NCBI GenBank assembly: GCA_965178125.1
Contig: OZ237759.1
Span: 806,001-870,000, forward strand
Length of the DNA stretch: 64,000 nt
Reading direction: 5' to 3'
Source: Bilabrum cf. latius
Taxonomy: Eukaryota
The position numbers and the translations under genes are program-made. The notes below the pieces were generated by a model. That model was not told the origin of the DNA. It made no database searches and was given only the letters and a program-made list of their open reading frames with translations. Below, piece after piece: positions 62,297 to 64,000 of the stretch (the stretch's first letter is position 1; every line of letters begins with the position of its first letter).

Positions 62297-62824
62297 GATG
62301 AAGTGCCTTGCTGGCCGAGAGTGAGAGCGCAACACCACCTTCTCTCAGATCATCTGCACCGCATAAGCATCGCAACAAAGGCGATTATGTAAGAGCACCC
62401 AAACGGTGTAGCTTCGAGCTTCGGCCGCATGATCTGGCCGAGCACCGCCACGGCAGCTCCGAGAATTGTCGCAGAATGTCGCCGACAGATGCGAATTACT
62501 TTTTTTAGTTTTGCAAGTAGCTTGAGAGTTCAGGTTCTGAAACGGCAGGATCAGCATGCATACCTCTACACGTGAGTGCTTGTATTAAAAAACGCGGCGT
62601 GATCAATAGGGTTAATGGTCTATCGAAGGTGCATACGGTTGCCGGAATGAACTGGACCGCCTGAGTCAGTGGCTTGATTGATGCTCGTGAGAAGACACTT
62701 TTCGATCGATCATGCAGCACCACCTTGTCTTGCAGCAACAGTAAATTAGCGAAGGGCGCAGTAGGACCGAGTTCGACTTGCACAGGCAGGACCGCCAACA
62801 GGACGTGGACACGGGCAAGCTGTC

Positions 62825-64000
62825 GTGTTTGCAAATGCTATTCACGGCCTGGACCGAGGCGACGCACCGGGGCCACACCATGGGGGGATTATTGAAGCAT
62901 TTGGACAGGCATCGAAGGTTCCTACAACAACGGCGAATGACAAGACGCGGGTACGGATGCTTGCCAGTGGGATTCAATGGTGGCTTGTTGCCGTTGGGGC
63001 TATCGTCACTGTTGCGGTGCTCGCCGGCGTTTTGGGATGGTACTTTTCGAAGGATGATCCAAATGATTCAATCAATAGCATCATAGGCGCACGCCAGCAG
63101 CCAGTGACGCTAGAGGGGAGTATTGTCGCGGCGGGACTGGCCTCTCGCCAGCAAGACATTTCCGCGAATAGCGATCTTGCTCTGGATGCGTGCAGTGGTA
63201 TGGAGGAGGGGCTCGTTGTACCTGCCGGGTCATGCAGTATCCTTCTGATTGAAAAGATAGCCAGTCGCGATGAAGGCTCTGCATCCACCCGCAGGCGGGC
63301 CTTGCAGGTTGGTGAGGCTCAGACCAACGGCAGCCGCCATCGATTCACCTTCTAGTTGCGACTGCTGCCGCTGCACAGACCCGAGCTGGACGATGTTGAG
63401 CTTCATGCACTGCTGTGGGAGGCCTTATAGCGGGCAGTTGTATCCGGAGAGCTACTGGAAACGTTTCGCACCGCGGGCTCCGGCTCCCTCCAGGCACTCG
63501 AGGGCATCGCGGCACCGGCGCTACTCCTCGCAGTGCGGCAGCCATCGCCGACACCGGGTGCTGCAACCGGTTCCTCATCGCCAACAGCGTCATAGGGGGT
63601 ATCACCAGCGGTAACGCCCTCCAACACGCCTGTTGCAACGTTTGTAGCGGCATCGCAGTCGCCGGAGACATCCGTGCAGCCTCCAGAGCCGACCGCAGTG
63701 CCCCTCCCATCGGGGGATACCCAGCCCATACAAGTGACGCAGCCGCAAGTGCAGCTGGCCCTGAGCACAGAAGATAGCATCACTAGGCTGATTCGCACAT
63801 CATCCGGCCGCACCCCGCGGCCCGCTGGAGTCGCAGTCCCTGTGCCGTGCGGTAGGTCATACGACGGCCACGACTGGGAGTCGCAGCACCCGTGTCTGGT
63901 GCGCTTCAACTGCACCGGGGCCGGTAATGACCGCCTGTGTGGCGCTGAGCTTCCCATGATGGCAAACTACTCCTATTGGCTCGAGACGAGCGAGCTGGGG
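62825..64000 (+). CDS. Host membrane-anchored hypothetical protein, partial
   Basis: TM segment WWLVAVGAIVTVAVLAGVLGWYF; frame continues through TAG codons into an S/P/T-rich stalk toward the window edge; start uncertain. Confidence 0.5.

Overview
Eukaryotic (protist-like, GC-rich, spliced) host DNA carrying a complete AT-rich endogenous virophage at 5511-34356 (about 28.8 kb, TG...CA ends, 5-bp target duplication GACCT, 1.5-1.9 kb terminal inverted repeats). Host and virophage both read TAG as a sense codon, almost certainly Gln, while TAA and TGA stay stops; this is why the supplied ORF track is fragmented. Under that code the element encodes an rve integrase with chromodomain, a GIY-YIG nuclease, the ATPase-protease-penton-major capsid block, a prim-pol/UL9-like helicase fusion, a nucleotidyltransferase-like protein and a fibre-like protein, and no recognisable protein-primed polymerase. 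Unusual architecture: 101-bp imperfect terminal hairpins in flip/flop arrangement, about 22 dispersed 58-bp palindromes between genes, three palindrome+leader+ORF cassettes, and a roughly 310-nt tRNA-promoter (Pol III-type) structured RNA candidate. A non-autonomous Ngaro-type retroelement (13389-17876) sits inside a virophage start codon, and the virophage interrupts a host FG-GAP/integrin-alpha-like gene. Flanking host genes: ankyrin protein, Rab32-like, NUP42-like, two FG-GAP proteins, GH-like, TMTC, ETFA, nicastrin, AHCY, MAPK, pseudo-phosphatase/ankyrin, PGM3, TRMO. All calls come from manual translation and motif recognition; no database search was run.
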